A stretch of 33,090 nucleotides of DNA, from NCBI GenBank assembly GCA_963822585.1, contig CAWGIE010000020.1, positions 1 to 33,090 of the forward strand. Reading direction: 5' to 3'. The position numbers and the translations under genes were made by a program. The notes beneath the pieces are model-generated. The model made no database searches. It saw nothing but the letters and a program-made list of their open reading frames with translations, and was not told the DNA's origin. The stretch is from an uncultured bacterium. Its GTDB lineage: Bacteria > Auribacterota > Erginobacteria > Erginobacterales > Erginobacteraceae. Shown one piece after another: positions 1 through 11,603 of this stretch (positions are counted from its first letter, which is position 1; the number at the start of each line of letters is the position of its first letter).

Positions 1-61
1 ACGCAAGGTTAGAGCCAATCGGCCTTCGGCGGCCCGTCATCACGGCCCGTGACCAGGTCAA

Positions 62-2304
62 GTGAAGCGCATGAACAATCGAATGGAGAGCCCTGCCGCA
101 TCGGATCCGGCGGCCGGTGCTTGGACGGGCGCACTGGCGAAGAGGGCGAGCTTGATGGCATTCATGGCGCTTCTCAAAGTCGAGGCCGAAGCGCCGGACG
201 TGATGCTCGCGGCGCTCCGGCCCGTCTTAGCGTTCGATCGAGCGCTCGTGCTGAACGAGAGCGAGGGCACACTTGTCTGCATCGGAGCGTCGGCCGCCGA
301 CGATGTCGGCCGCTGCTATCACGCACCCGGGTTCTTTGAGAGCGTCATCGACGGTCAGGTGCTGGCCATTCCCAGCGAACCTGGCTACGAGGGGCTGCAG
401 TCCCGGCGGAGTCGCTGGCGGCAGCCACCTCTGCGCTCGTCTTTCCGATTGGCGTTCGCGATCAGCCATCCGCGTTGGTGCTCTGCGAGCGTGGCCAAAC
501 ACCATATTGTGCCGAGGACATCGGCTTTGCCCGGCAATGCAGTATCGTGGCTTTGGCAGCCTTGGCCGCGTGGCAGGGGAGCGACGCGAAGCGGAGATCA
601 CCGGCTGACGCGCAAGTCGAAGACTTGGGCGACGCCGCGCGGAGCGCCGAACAAAACAAGGCCTGCTGGCGGAATCTCGGACCAGCTCCCGATCAGCCTC
701 ACGGTCCAGGACGAGAACGGCCGTTTTCTTCTGGTCAATCGCCGCGCCGCCGCCAATCTCGAGATTGCCGGCGGAAAAGCTGCTCGGCGCCTCGCCGGCC
801 GATTTCCTGTCCGCCGAGGACGCGGTCGCAACGCCGCGAGTGGGAAGCCAGCTGCTGCAAAGCGGCAACGCAAGCCGGGTCGAGGAAATCGTGCCGGGAC
901 CGGACGGACATCATACCTGGCTGACGTCGCCATATCCCGCGTCCGCATCCTCGGGCGCCCGCTGCTTATCACCAGTTCGCACGACATCACCGAGCGCAAG
1001 CAGATCGAAACCGAACTTGCCCTGCGCGCGAATTTCGACGAGCTGACCGGACTGCCGAACCGCCTCCGCATTCAGCGGCACGTCGATCGGCTGCTGCAGG
1101 AGAATGACCGCTCTCACCGCTTCGCGCTCGCCTTCATCGACCTGGACAATTTCAAGCACATCAACGACTACTATAATCACGCGATCGGCGATGCGCTTCT
1201 GATCAAGCTCTGCCGAGCGAATTCAGCGACGGCTGCGCAACGGCGACATGCTCGCCCGCATCAGCGGCGACGAATTTCTGCTGCTGCTCGATCCGGTCGA
1301 GGGCGAAGAGCAGGTGCGCACGACCATTGCCGCCATTCTTGACGATCTCAAGCAGCCCTTCCACATCGAAGCGTTCGAGCTTCTGACCTCGGCTTCGATC
1401 GGCGTCACGATGTATCCCGAGCACGGCACGAGCTATGAAGCGCTGCGCCGCAATGCCGACAACGCCATGTATCGCGCCAAGAAGCGCACCAAAGGGGACG
1501 CCATCTATTTCAACGCCAACATGGGCACAGACGATCGCGACGCGGATGGAGCTCGAGCAGCGCCTGCGGCTGGCGATCCGCGACCGGCGATTCTGCTGCG
1601 CATTCCAGCCCAAGGTCGACATCCGCAGCAAAGAGGTGATCGGCTTCGAGACGCTCGTGCGCTGGCGGGACGCGCGACGGCGAAATACATCCGCCGGGCA
1701 GCTTCATCGATCTCGCCATCGAACTTGGCCTGATCGATCCGATCACGCATTTCGTGCTGCGCGACACGCTGCAGTCGATCGAATGACTTGACCAGGCCTT
1801 CGGCCCGACGACCAAGCTTCAGCATCAATGTCGCGGCCAAGCAGGCGAGCGACGTCGAATTCATGAACGCATTCGCCGAGACGCTGAAGCAGAGCCCGCA
1901 TGTCGATCGCATCATGATCGAACTCACCGAGGATGCCTTCGTTGCCAAGAACCTGTTTCAGACCCAGATCTTGCCGATGCTGCGCGAACTCGGCGTTCGC
2001 GTTTCCATCGACGATTTCGGCACCGGCTATTCGTCGCTCAGCGTGCTGGCCGACATCACCGCCGACGAATTCAAGGTCGACCGCTCATTCATCGTCCGGC
2101 ATTCACGAGCGTCCGCGCAGCCAAAGCGTGCTGCGCACGATCAAATCGCTCGGCTTGGGTCTCGGCATGACAATCATTGCCGAAGGCGTCGAAAGCTTCG
2201 AAGAGCTTGCCTATCTGCAAGCGGCGACGCGCATCCGCTATGCCCAGGGCTATTACTTCTCCAAACCGTTTTTCATCGAAGACATGAACGCCGCAAAGAA
2301 CTGA
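62..2304 (+). CDS. Sensor (GAF-like/PAS) diguanylate cyclase/phosphodiesterase (GGDEF-EAL), frameshifted
   Basis: Stitched frames: PAS-like VQDENGRFLLVN...DITERK; DELTGLPNR, FIDLDNFKHIND, ARISGDEF (GGDEF domain); FQPKVD..GFETLVRW, IELTE, IDDFGTGYSSL, IAEGVE, QGYYFSKP (EAL domain). Start and stop approximate. Confidence 0.9.
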
Positions 2305-2379
2305 ATTTCGAGACGCGCAAATCCGCAGGTCGCGCGCGCAGCGGTCCGAACTGCGCGGCGTGCGAACCGTCCGGCAGCT

Positions 2380-4461
2380 CTAATAGAGAATCCGGCCGCC
2401 CGGTCTGCGGATCGATTTCCCACGTGTCGCGGACGCACGGCAGCGCCGCGTCCGAAGCAAGGGCGAAGTCGTCGCTTTTGAATTGGCGCGATTCAGGAAA
2501 CGTCCGCACTGCGGCGCAGCGGGATGCACCCTGACCGCGCGTCCGCAGCGAGCCGAAGGGATCGGGCTGGCCGGCAGCGGCTTTTTAAGCAGGCTGAAGC
2601 GATTGCTTTCGGGAGCCGGCGCGCCGGATTTGGCGTCCGCGAGGCGCCGGCTGCCGGCGCGGCGAAGCCGCGGCCGCCTGCCGAGGAAGACGCGGCGGCT
2701 GAACATGTCGGGCGGAGGGCGACGACGCCGCCGGTTGCAACGGCGACGGCGTCGGTGACATGGCGGCGCGCGAGCCGTAAGTCGCGGACGACCTTCATCG
2801 CCGATTGTCGCAGGCTCAGCGTCGAACCGCGCCAGCGCTCGACCACGGCCGCAATATAGTCGAGCGAATTGACATCGGCCGGATGCGGAACGGATCGGCG
2901 TGCAAAGGCTTCGCTGCGCGGCAGCAGATCGCTGCGGCAGCGTCGAAAAGGTCAGCCGCGTCGGCAGCGGCACCCCGACGCCGAAGGCGAGCGCCTCGCG
3001 CGTCCCGAGCGACGGAACGAAGGCGAACAGGTTGGCCGCCGTATCGGACACCGCCGAGCGCAGCAGTGCCTGGTCGCGATCGTTCGACAGCCGCATGGCG
3101 AACAGCGTGCTGCATTGGGAGATGATGGTCGGGTCGAGTTCGGCCGGGCGCTGCGTCACCAGGCCGAGATAGACGCCGTATTTGCGGCCTTCCTTGGCGA
3201 TCCGCGAGATCGCCCGCCGGGTCGGGCCGAAGCCGACCGTGCGGTCGGCCGATGCGTAGCGGTGCGCCTCCTCGCAGACGAACAGCATCGGCGACGCGCC
3301 GTCGCTCCACAGCCCGAAATCGAAGGCCATGCGGCAAAGCACCGAGACGACGGCGTCGACGACTTCGGCCGGGAAGCCGGCAAGCTGCATGACCGTGATC
3401 GGCTTGCCGTTCGGCGGCAGCCGGAACAGCTGGCTGATGGACTTCCGCCATCGTGTCGCCGCCGACATTGGCGTTCTCGAACATGAAGGCATAGCGCGGA
3501 TCGTTGCTGACGGTCTCGATGCGCGTCAGCAGCTTGTGATAGCGCATGCGCGAGGAGCGGTTCTCCAGCTTGCCCATGCGCTCGTCGATCAGCATCAGCA
3601 AGTCCTGCAGCCGATACGGAACGGGCGTATCGACGGTGTAGCCGGCGCTCTTGGGATCGAGCCGCTTGATCGCCAGGCGCTCGGCCGTGAGCCGATATTG
3701 GGTGTAGGCCACCTTGGCGAGCGGAATGACTTCGGAGAGGATTTCGATCTCCTCGTCGGTCGCCGGGCCGGCCGCCGAAGAACACATCGACGATCTCCTC
3801 GAAATTGAACAGCCAAAACGGCAGCCGCAGATTGCTGCGGATTGACGACATTGGCGCGCTCGCCGAAGCAGCGGCCATATTCGTTGTGGACGTCGAGCAG
3901 CAGAATGCGCAGATTGCGGCCGAGCCTGCAGCGTCTGCTGAAGGATGACCGCAACCCCGCTCGATTTGCCGACGCCGGTGCGTGCCGAGCACCGCGAAAT
4001 GCTTGTTGAGCATCTCGTCGACGTCAACGCAGACGCCGACCGTGTTGTCCTGCTGAAGCTGGCCGATTTTGATGGATTTCGAACCGGGACTGTCGAAGAT
4101 CGTTTCCATTTCGCTAATTCGACAGGGTCGCAACGGCATCGCCGATCGTCGGGTACTCCGTCACGCCGCGGCGAAAACGGGCGCGGCGGGCCGCGGATCT
4201 CGCCCATCAGGTCGACTTGCGCCGTGCCGTGATAACCGCGCTCGCGGGCAAGCATCGAGGCCTGCGCGGAGATTTCCGTCACCACGCCGACAAGCAGGGC
4301 GCTGCGCCGCCTGTATTTTGACGAACCTGCCGACCGTCACCGTCGCTCCGGCCGCCATGATTGCGGTTCGCCGTCAACAGTCCGATGCTGACCTGCGAGC
4401 CATTGACGGAGTGCACATGGCCAAGCGGCTCGGCCGCTGGCGCGCTGTGAGAATGCTCCAT
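2380..4461 (-). CDS. HerA/FtsK-like ATPase (DUF87 family), frameshifted
   Basis: N-terminal LGHVHSVNGSQ (HAS-barrel-like); KHFAVLG..TGVGKSS Walker A; LLDVHNEY; FVCEEAHRY Walker B; IAKEGRKYG..LVTQRPAELD. ATG at 4461; true 3' end uncertain (about 2380-2570). Confidence 0.85.
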
Positions 4462-4924
4462 GCGTGTCAGCGCCAAGCATGCTTGCCTCGTCCCTGCGTT
4501 TATTGGGCTTATCCGGGCACGAATAGCTGGCGAGCGATGTCGATTGGGTTAAGTGATAGTCGTCCGGCTGAGCGAGATAACGCCGTGCTCCGCCGCGCTT
4601 TTTGCGGTTTCCGGAGGCAGAGTTGACGCGGCGTTAAGCAGCGTGCGCAGGGCCCTGCGGCCACTGACGCGCCGCCCGCATGCCGGGAGGTCCGTCGCTG
4701 CAGCGGCGTCGGCCGGGAAGCCGTGCGCCTCTCGGCCGACGGTGGCAGCTTTTCTGTCATAGAAATCAAGGCGGTCGTAGAGTAGCGCGCAAGGCGGTGA
4801 GGCACAGTAGCGGTCGACAAGAGGCTGACGCCGACGGCAAAATTCCAAATTAAAAACGTTGCATTAAGGCCAAGCTGACAGCATCCGAATTCGACCGTTG
4901 TCGTACCAAGATTTTAGAGTGCCC

Positions 4925-5975
4925 ATGCCTTCCCGGCGTCCGCATAAATCGCCCCGTCGATTTCCCTGGGCCAAGCTGCCTGACGACGAGCTGCTGAAGC
5001 TCCGGCTCAAGGACCTCAAGGTCAGGGTCGAGGGCACCTGGCTTGAGGACTGCCTCAAGGACCTGCACGAGGAACTCGAGCAAAAGGGCTGCGGGTGAGG
5101 CCGCATGCCTGGATTTCCAGCGAATGGTTCAGCTCCGACGACACGCCGGGCATCGCGATTCCCTTCTATCTGGCGCATCCGCGCCTGATGCGGCTCGAAC
5201 GCAAGATGATCATCGACGTGGAGGGCGGAACCGTTCCCGAATGCATGCGCATTCTCCGCCACGAGGCCGGTCATGTGGTTCAGCACGCCTATCAGCTGCA
5301 GCGGCATCGGCGCTGGCAGCAGCTGTTCGGCCCCTCATCGACGCGTTATCCGCGCTATTACCGGCCCAATCCCGCCAGCAAGAATTACGTTCAGCATCTT
5401 CGGCTGTGGTATGCACAAAGCCATCCGGACGAGGATTTTGCCGAGACTTTCGCGGTCTGGCTGACGCCGCGCTCGAACTGGCGACGCCGCTATGAAGGAT
5501 GGCCGGCGCTCAAAAAACTGCAATATGTCGACGAATTGATGGAGGAGATCGCCGGACAGCGGCCGCTGCTGAGAACGACGAATCAAGGTCGAGCCGCTGA
5601 GCGAACTCACCGATGACACTCGCGGAACATTACCAAAAGAAGCAGGCGCATTACGCGCTGGACATTCCGACGATCTACGATCGCGACCTCACCCGCATTT
5701 TTTCCGACGATCCGCGGCATCGCCGCTCGCCTGCCGCTTCCAGCTTTCTGCGGCGCAACCGCGGCAAGATCAGGCAAATCGTTTCCAAGTGGACGGGCGA
5801 ATATCAGCTGACACTCGACGCCGTTTTTGATGATATGATTATGCGCTGCCGCGAGCTGAAGCTTCGCGCTGTCGGTTCGGAGCGGCAGTTGAAGATTGAC
5901 TTTATCGTGCTGTTGACGGCAAAGACGGTGCACTCGCTGTACAGTCCATCGCGACGGCAGTGGCTTGCCTTATGA
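4925..5975 (+). CDS. Putative zinc-binding metallopeptidase (zincin, HExxH), frameshifted
   Basis: LRHEAGH motif and downstream YAQSHPDEDFAETFAVWL; pieces 4925-5098, 5095-5616 and 5613-5975; its stop overlaps the next start (ATGA at 5972-5975). Confidence 0.8.
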
Positions 5976-6999
5976 AGCATCTGCGCGTTCTGGTGCTGTT
6001 GCACCCGGACCTCGTGCCTCCCGCCTCGCTCAAAGGCTATAGCGAGCGCGAGGCGCACGCCTGGAAGACCGAATTTGACGTGGTGCAACGCTGCGTGCGA
6101 GCGGGCCATAAGGTGCATGCGCTCGGCGTGGAGAACGAACTCAAGCCGATTCGCGATGAAATCGACAGCTTCAAGCCGGATATCGTGTTCAATCTGCTGG
6201 AGCAGTTTCACGGCGAGGCGGTTTACGATCAGAATGTCGCCAGCTATCTCGAACTCTTGCGCATCCCCTATACCGGCTGCAATCCGCGCGGCCTGATGCT
6301 CGCGCGCGGCAAAGACCTGTCGAAAAAGCTGGTCCATTATCACCGCATTCCGGTGCCGGCTTTCGCCGTGTTTCCGATGCGGACGCAAGATCAGGCGCCC
6401 GGCGCGGCTTGCTTTGCCGCTCATCGTCAAGAGCCTGAGCGAGGACGCCTCGATGGGGATCGCGCAGGCTTCGGTCGTGGACACGGACGAGAAATTCGCG
6501 GAGCGCGTCAGCTTTCGTGCACGAGCGGATCGGCACCGCCGCCATCGCCGAGCAGTATATCGACGGCCGCGAGCTTTATGTCGGCGTATTGGGAAACGAG
6601 CGCCTGCGGGTGCTGCCGGTTTGGGAGTTGGAGTTCCAGAACTGGCCGGCGGGCGCGTGGCGCATCGCCACCGAGCGCGCCAAACACGACCCCAATTACC
6701 AGGAGCGGCGCGGAATTCTCCAGGGGCCGGCCGAGGACCTTGCACCGGAATTGCGGCAGCAGATCCATCGCAACGCCAAGCGGATCTACCGCACCCTCGA
6801 ACTCGACGGCTATGCGCGGATCGATTTCCGGCTCGCGGAGGACGGAATTCCCTATTACATCGAAGCCAATCCAAATCCTGAGATCGCCCGCAGCGAAGAG
6901 TTCGCCAATGCCGCGCTGCACGACGGGCTCGCCTACCCCGATCTCCTTAATCGCATTCTCGCCTTGGGATTGAGCCGCGCCCAATCCCATGGCTTGTAG
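5972..6999 (+). CDS. D-alanine--D-alanine ligase-like ATP-grasp protein, frameshifted
   Basis: PDIVFNLLE, IPYTGC, PLIVKS..EDASMGI, AEQYIDGRELYVGVLG, GYARIDFR, IEANPNP (ATP-grasp E-x-N motif). Confidence 0.85.
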
Positions 7000-7131
7000 G
7001 TGCGATGCACCTAAGCTGGTGAATTCAATCCGTCGCCCTGAGGAGCAAGCCATACGCGCGTCGTTGACGCGAGCTTCGATGGGCGACGGGCCCGCATATG
7101 CAATTTTTCATCCTTCGAGGGCCGCTGCACA

Positions 7132-7378
7132 GCCGCCTCTGTCCTTTTCTCCTGGTACGCATCCAATTTCGCCAACTTCAACAAGACCTATGGTTCGCTC
7201 GGCACCGCCATCGGCTTCATGTTGTGGATCTGGGTGTCGACAATCGCCGTCCTGATCGGCGCCGAACTCGATGCCAAGATGGAGCACCAGACGACGCGAG
7301 ATACGACGACCGGCTCCAAAACCAATGGGCAAGCGCGGGGCGACCGTCGCCGACACAATCGGCGCCGCGCAGATGTAG
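7132..7378 (+). pseudogene. C-terminal remnant of a YihY/virulence factor BrkB family membrane protein
   Basis: Translates as ASVLFSWYASNFANFNKTYGSLGTAIGFMLWIWVSTIAVLIGAELDAKMEHQTTRDTTTG..KPMGKRGATVADTIGAAQM*, the typical YihY C-terminus. Only about 130 bp separate it from the previous gene, leaving no room for the N-terminal portion. Confidence 0.75.
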
Positions 7379-7409
7379 AGCAGTCCGGTACCTGGATAAT
7401 AGACCGCGC

Positions 7410-8678
7410 TTACTTCGGGCGGCGCTGCAGGAAATGATCCGCGCCGATCAGCACAAACGGCACCCCCGCAAACAGCACGGCGGCAATGCCAGCCGCCGGC
7501 AGGCCGTACCATTGAACGACAGGGCCAGTGATCAGCGCTGTGGTGACGCTGGTTGCCCCGGCAAAACTGTCGTTCACGCCGATGGCGCGGCCGCGTTGGC
7601 CCGTTTCGGCGTTGTCGGCAATCAGCGCGGTCGCGGCGACATTGGCCGCCGCCCAGCCGATCCCGACCAGGAAAGTGCCCAACGTAATCGACCAGAACAT
7701 GCCAGTGAAGGTGACCAGCACCGCGCCGATGAGCGCGACCGCGACCCCCGGATACATCACGCGCTCGCGGCCGATGACATCGGCGAGCTTGCCGAGCGGA
7801 ATGGTGAACGCAAACATGCCGGCGGTGTGAAACATGTGTGAGAAGGAGATCGCCGCCAGCGAACTGCCATGATGGTGCAGCACCAGAGACGTAAGCACCA
7901 TCACAATCGACATATTGCCTTGTGCCGCGCAATTGGACACGATTGCGCGCTTCGTCGGCCAGTGGCGGAGCATGCTGCGAATGCTGAAGGACGAAGCAGC
8001 AGCCTCCGAGGCCGGAAGCGACGCCGATACGCCGGGATAATAGCGCGGAAGATTCATCCCGATTTCCTTCGGATCGGGATTCATCAAGGTGACGATTGCC
8101 ATGCCGAAAATGATCATCACCGGCAGCATCAGCCACGGCAGTGACAGCGGATCGCGGTGCAGCAGGGGTGCGATCGTCTGCGCGGTCGTCACCAGCGCCG
8201 GACTGATGATGATTCCGGCCACCGAACCAAGGGCGACATAGCCCAGCGCCTGCGCCCGCATCTGCACCGGAAACATGTCGGTGACCGCAACGCGCAACTG
8301 ATAGGCCGCCGCCATGCCCATTCCAAATACCAGGAAGCCGCCCGTCAGCAGAAACATGCTGCGCTGGGTGATTGAAACACTGATCAGCAGCGTACCGACC
8401 AGCGCGATTGCCAGGCCGAGCAGGATGCCGGGCTTGCGGCCGAAGGCATCGGTAATCTTGCCGATGGGGTAGGACACCAGGAAGCGGCTCAGTCCGAACA
8501 GGCCGACGGAGAGGCCAGCGAGGCTGGCGGAACCGGTGACGGCGACGACCATCAGCGGCCCGATCCCATAGGCGAGCGGCATGCCCGCACCGGCAAATGA
8601 CTGCGACAACGCCACCAGGATGGTGTTGCGCTTGATGACCGAAGGGACGCTGAAAGCGGCAGGTTCAATCTTGAGCAT
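7410..8678 (-). CDS. MFS transporter
   Basis: Intact hydrophobic ORF with MFS motif A twice (GKITDAFGRKP, GKLADVIGRER). Confidence 0.9.
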   Translation of the reverse strand: MLKIEPAAFSVPSVIKRNTILVALSQSFAGAGMPLAYGIGPLMVVAVTGSASLAGLSVGLFGLSRFLVSYPIGKITDAFGRKPGILLGLAIALVGTLLISVSITQRSMFLLTGGFLVFGMGMAAAYQLRVAVTDMFPVQMRAQALGYVALGSVAGIIISPALVTTAQTIAPLLHRDPLSLPWLMLPVMIIFGMAIVTLMNPDPKEIGMNLPRYYPGVSASLPASEAAASSFSIRSMLRHWPTKRAIVSNCAAQGNMSIVMVLTSLVLHHHGSSLAAISFSHMFHTAGMFAFTIPLGKLADVIGRERVMYPGVAVALIGAVLVTFTGMFWSITLGTFLVGIGWAAANVAATALIADNAETGQRGRAIGVNDSFAGATSVTTALITGPVVQWYGLPAAGIAAVLFAGVPFVLIGADHFLQRRPK

Positions 8679-8794
8679 GCTTGTGCTTAGCAGGCACACG
8701 CCTCGCTGCGAAGACCTTTACCGCTCACGCGCGGCAGGCAAGATTCGCATCAACGAAACATGACACCGGAAAGACCGGCGCGAAAGCGGCCGCG

Positions 8795-10498
8795 TCAGAA
8801 CAACCCGACGATCTTGCCGTCGGGACGACGTCGATCGCCTCTGCCGCCGGCACGCGCGGCAGGCCCGGCATGGTCATGATCTCCCCGCAGATCGCGACCA
8901 CGAACTCGGCGCCGGCCGAGAGCCGCACCTCGCGCACCGGAATGGTGAAGCCGGTCGGCGCGCCTTTCAGGTCGGGATTGGTCGAGAACGAATACTGCGT
9001 CTTGGCGATGCAGACCGGCAGCTTGCCGTAGCCCATGGACTCGAAATTGGCGAGCTGGTCGCGCACCGGCTTGGCCGCCTCGATATCGTCGGCGCGATAG
9101 ATTTCCGTGGCGATGGTGCGGATTTTCTCGATGCAGCGGCATGTCGTCGGGATAGAGCAGCTTGAGCTTGCTCTTGCCGCTCTCGACCACCTTGACGACC
9201 GCGCGGGCAACATCGGCAGCGCCCTCGCCGCCCATGGCCCAATGGTCGGCCATCAGCGCCTCGACGCCGAGCGCCTTGCATTTTTCCTTCACCAGCGCGA
9301 TCTCGGCATCGGTATCGGCGGAGAAGCGGTTGATCGAGACCACCGGCACCAGCCCGAACTTCTGCATGTTCTCGACATGGCGCTGCAGATTGGCCATGCC
9401 GGCTCTCGAGCGCCTTCAGGTTCTCCTTCTTGAGGTCGTCCTTCTTGACGCCGCCGTGCATCTTCAGCGCGCGGATGGTGGCGACCAGCACCACGCAGTC
9501 GGGCTTGAGCCCGGCCTTGCGGCACTTGATGTCGAGGAATTTTTCCGCGCCGAGATCGGCGCCGAAGCCGGCTTCCGTCACCACATAGTCGGCGAGCTTG
9601 AGCGCGGTCGTGGTCGCGAGCACCGAATTGCAGCCATGCGCGATATTGGCGAAGGGGCCGCCATGGATGAAGGCGGGCGTGCCTTCCAGCGTCTGCACCA
9701 GATTCGGCGCCAGCGCATCCTTGAGCAGCGCCGTCATCGCGCCCTGCGCCTTGAGGTCGCCGGCGCGCACCGGCTTGCGGTCGCGGGTATAGCCGACAAC
9801 GATTTTGCGACAGCCGTTCCTTGAGGTCCTCGAGATTCGCTGGCGAGGCAGAAGATCGCCATCACCTCGGAGGCGACGGTGATGTCGAAGCCGTCCTCGC
9901 GCGGGAAGCCGTTGGCGACGCCGCCGAGCGAGCAGACGATCGAACGCAGCGCCCGATCGTTCATGTCCATCGCGCGGCGCCAGGCGACGCGGCGGCCGTC
10001 GATGCCGAGCGCATTGCCCCAATAGATGTGATTGTCGATCAGCGCCGCAGAGCAGATTGTTGGCGGCGCCGATGGCGTGGAATATCGCCGGTGAAATGGA
10101 GATTGATGTCCTCCATCGGCACCACCTGCGCATAGCCGCCGCCAGCCGCGCCGCCTTTGACGCCGAAGCACGGCCCGAGCGAAGGCTCGCGCAGGCACAG
10201 CATCGCCTTCTTGCCGATGTGGTTGAGCGCGTCGGTTAGGCCGACCGTGGTGGTGGTCTTGCCTTCGCCTGCCGGCGTCGGCGTGATCGCGGAGACCAGG
10301 ATCAGCTTGCCGTCCGGCTTGGACTGCAGCGACTTGATGAAGTCCATCGACACCTTGGCCTTGTAGTGGCCATAGGGCTGGAGGTTTTCCGGCGCGATGC
10401 CGAGCTTCTCGCGCGCGATGTCGATGATCGGCCGCATCGTAGCGGCCTGGGCAGATTTCGATGTCGGATTTGGGATTCTGATGCTGCGAGGCGGGCAT
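8795..10498 (-). CDS. fhs: Formate--tetrahydrofolate ligase, frameshifted
   Basis: [100 protein letters not shown]. Confidence 0.97.
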
Positions 10499-10545
10499 GA
10501 GGTTGAGGTCCAGTTCAAGATGTTTGAGTTCGAAACCGATCCGCC

Positions 10546-10623
10546 GTCATGCCCGCGAATGCGGGCATCCAGTAAACACTGAGCAATCAGTGGTTACTGG
10601 GTTCCACGCTGCGCGGGGACGAC
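10546..10623. repeat. REP/RIME-like palindromic element
   Basis: GTCATGCCCGCGAATGCGGGCATCCAGTA...TACTGGGTTCCACGCTGCGCGGGGACGAC: two inverted GC-rich hairpin units. Confidence 0.75.
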
Positions 10624-10648
10624 AGCGTGGAGAATCTGGCGGAATTCA

Positions 10649-11578
10649 TCACGTCAGCCTCGTGCCGGTGGCGAGGTTGGCGGATGCCGCCCATTCGCCG
10701 GCGGCGAGTTTCGGGCCGTCGGCCTGCACGCGCGTGACCTTGAAGCGGCCGTCGGCGCAGACCACGGTGAAGCCGTCGGCTTCGACCGCGACGACCTCGC
10801 CCATCTTGCCGGCGATGCCTTTCGGATTCTTCGCCGGCAGCGGCTTGGCATCGAAGATGCGCAGCCGCTTGCCGTTGCAGGTCGACCAGGCGCCGGGCGC
10901 CGGATTGCAGCCGCGGATCAAGCGGATCGATCTGGCGCCATGGCTGGCCCCAGTCGATATGCGCATTGTCGGGACCTGCAGCGGCCTTCATAGGTGGCCT
11001 TCGCTTCGTCCTGCTTGATGCGCGGCGCCTTGCCGGCCTTCACCAGGTCGACCGCTTCCAGCATCGCCTCGACGCCCATCGGAAACAGGCGGTCGAAATA
11101 GACCGAGCCGAGCGTGTCGGTCGTCGGAGATCGGCGTCTTCTTCTGCAGCAGCACGTCGCCGGTATCGAGCCCGTTGTCGGGCCAGAAGATCGACAGGCC
11201 GGTTTCCTTCTCGCCCAGGATGATCGGCCAGTTGATGGCGGAGGCGCCGCGATAGGCCGGCAACAGCGAGGGGTGATACTGGATCGAGCCGTGCGTCGGG
11301 ATGTTGAGGAAATCCTCCGGCACGAACAGCGTGACGAAGGCCATCACCTGCAGGTCGGGCTTGAGCGCGTGGAATTCCTCCCAAACTTCCGGCTTGCGAT
11401 AGGAGGCAGGCTGATAGACCGGGAGCTTGGCGGCGAGCGCGGCTTCCTTCAGCGGATCGGCTTTGGCGCCTTCCTTCTCGGGCGCGACATAGACGGCGAC
11501 GACATCCTCGCCGCGCTTGAGCAGCGCTTCCAGCACCGCCTTGCCGAAGGCCTGCTGCCCGTGGACGACGATACGCAT
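10649..11578 (-). CDS. Formyltransferase (Fmt fold), most similar in motifs to the N-terminal hydrolase domain of 10-formyl-THF dehydrogenase (ALDH1L), frameshifted
   Basis: MRIVVHGQQAFG, KADPL, HGSIQYHPSLLPAYRGASAINWP, GLSIFWPDNGLDTGDVLLQK, C-terminal IRGCNPAPGAW; purine-rich RBS (GGAGAGAG) before ATG 11578. Confidence 0.85.
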
Positions 11579-11603
11579 GGCACTCTCTCCCAACCTTTCC
11601 GCC

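Noticed and set aside
4462..4924. Small ORFs or a peptide precursor in the HerA-peptidase intergenic region
   Set aside because: No convincing RBS, coding signal or repeat-core pattern; more likely a divergent promoter region.
5972..6999. Calling this gene ddl or a van-type resistance ligase
   Set aside because: Signature loops diverge and there is no mur or van context.
10649..11578. Calling this gene fmt
   Set aside because: It lacks the Fmt N-terminal signature and def context; motifs fit the ALDH1L N-domain type better.
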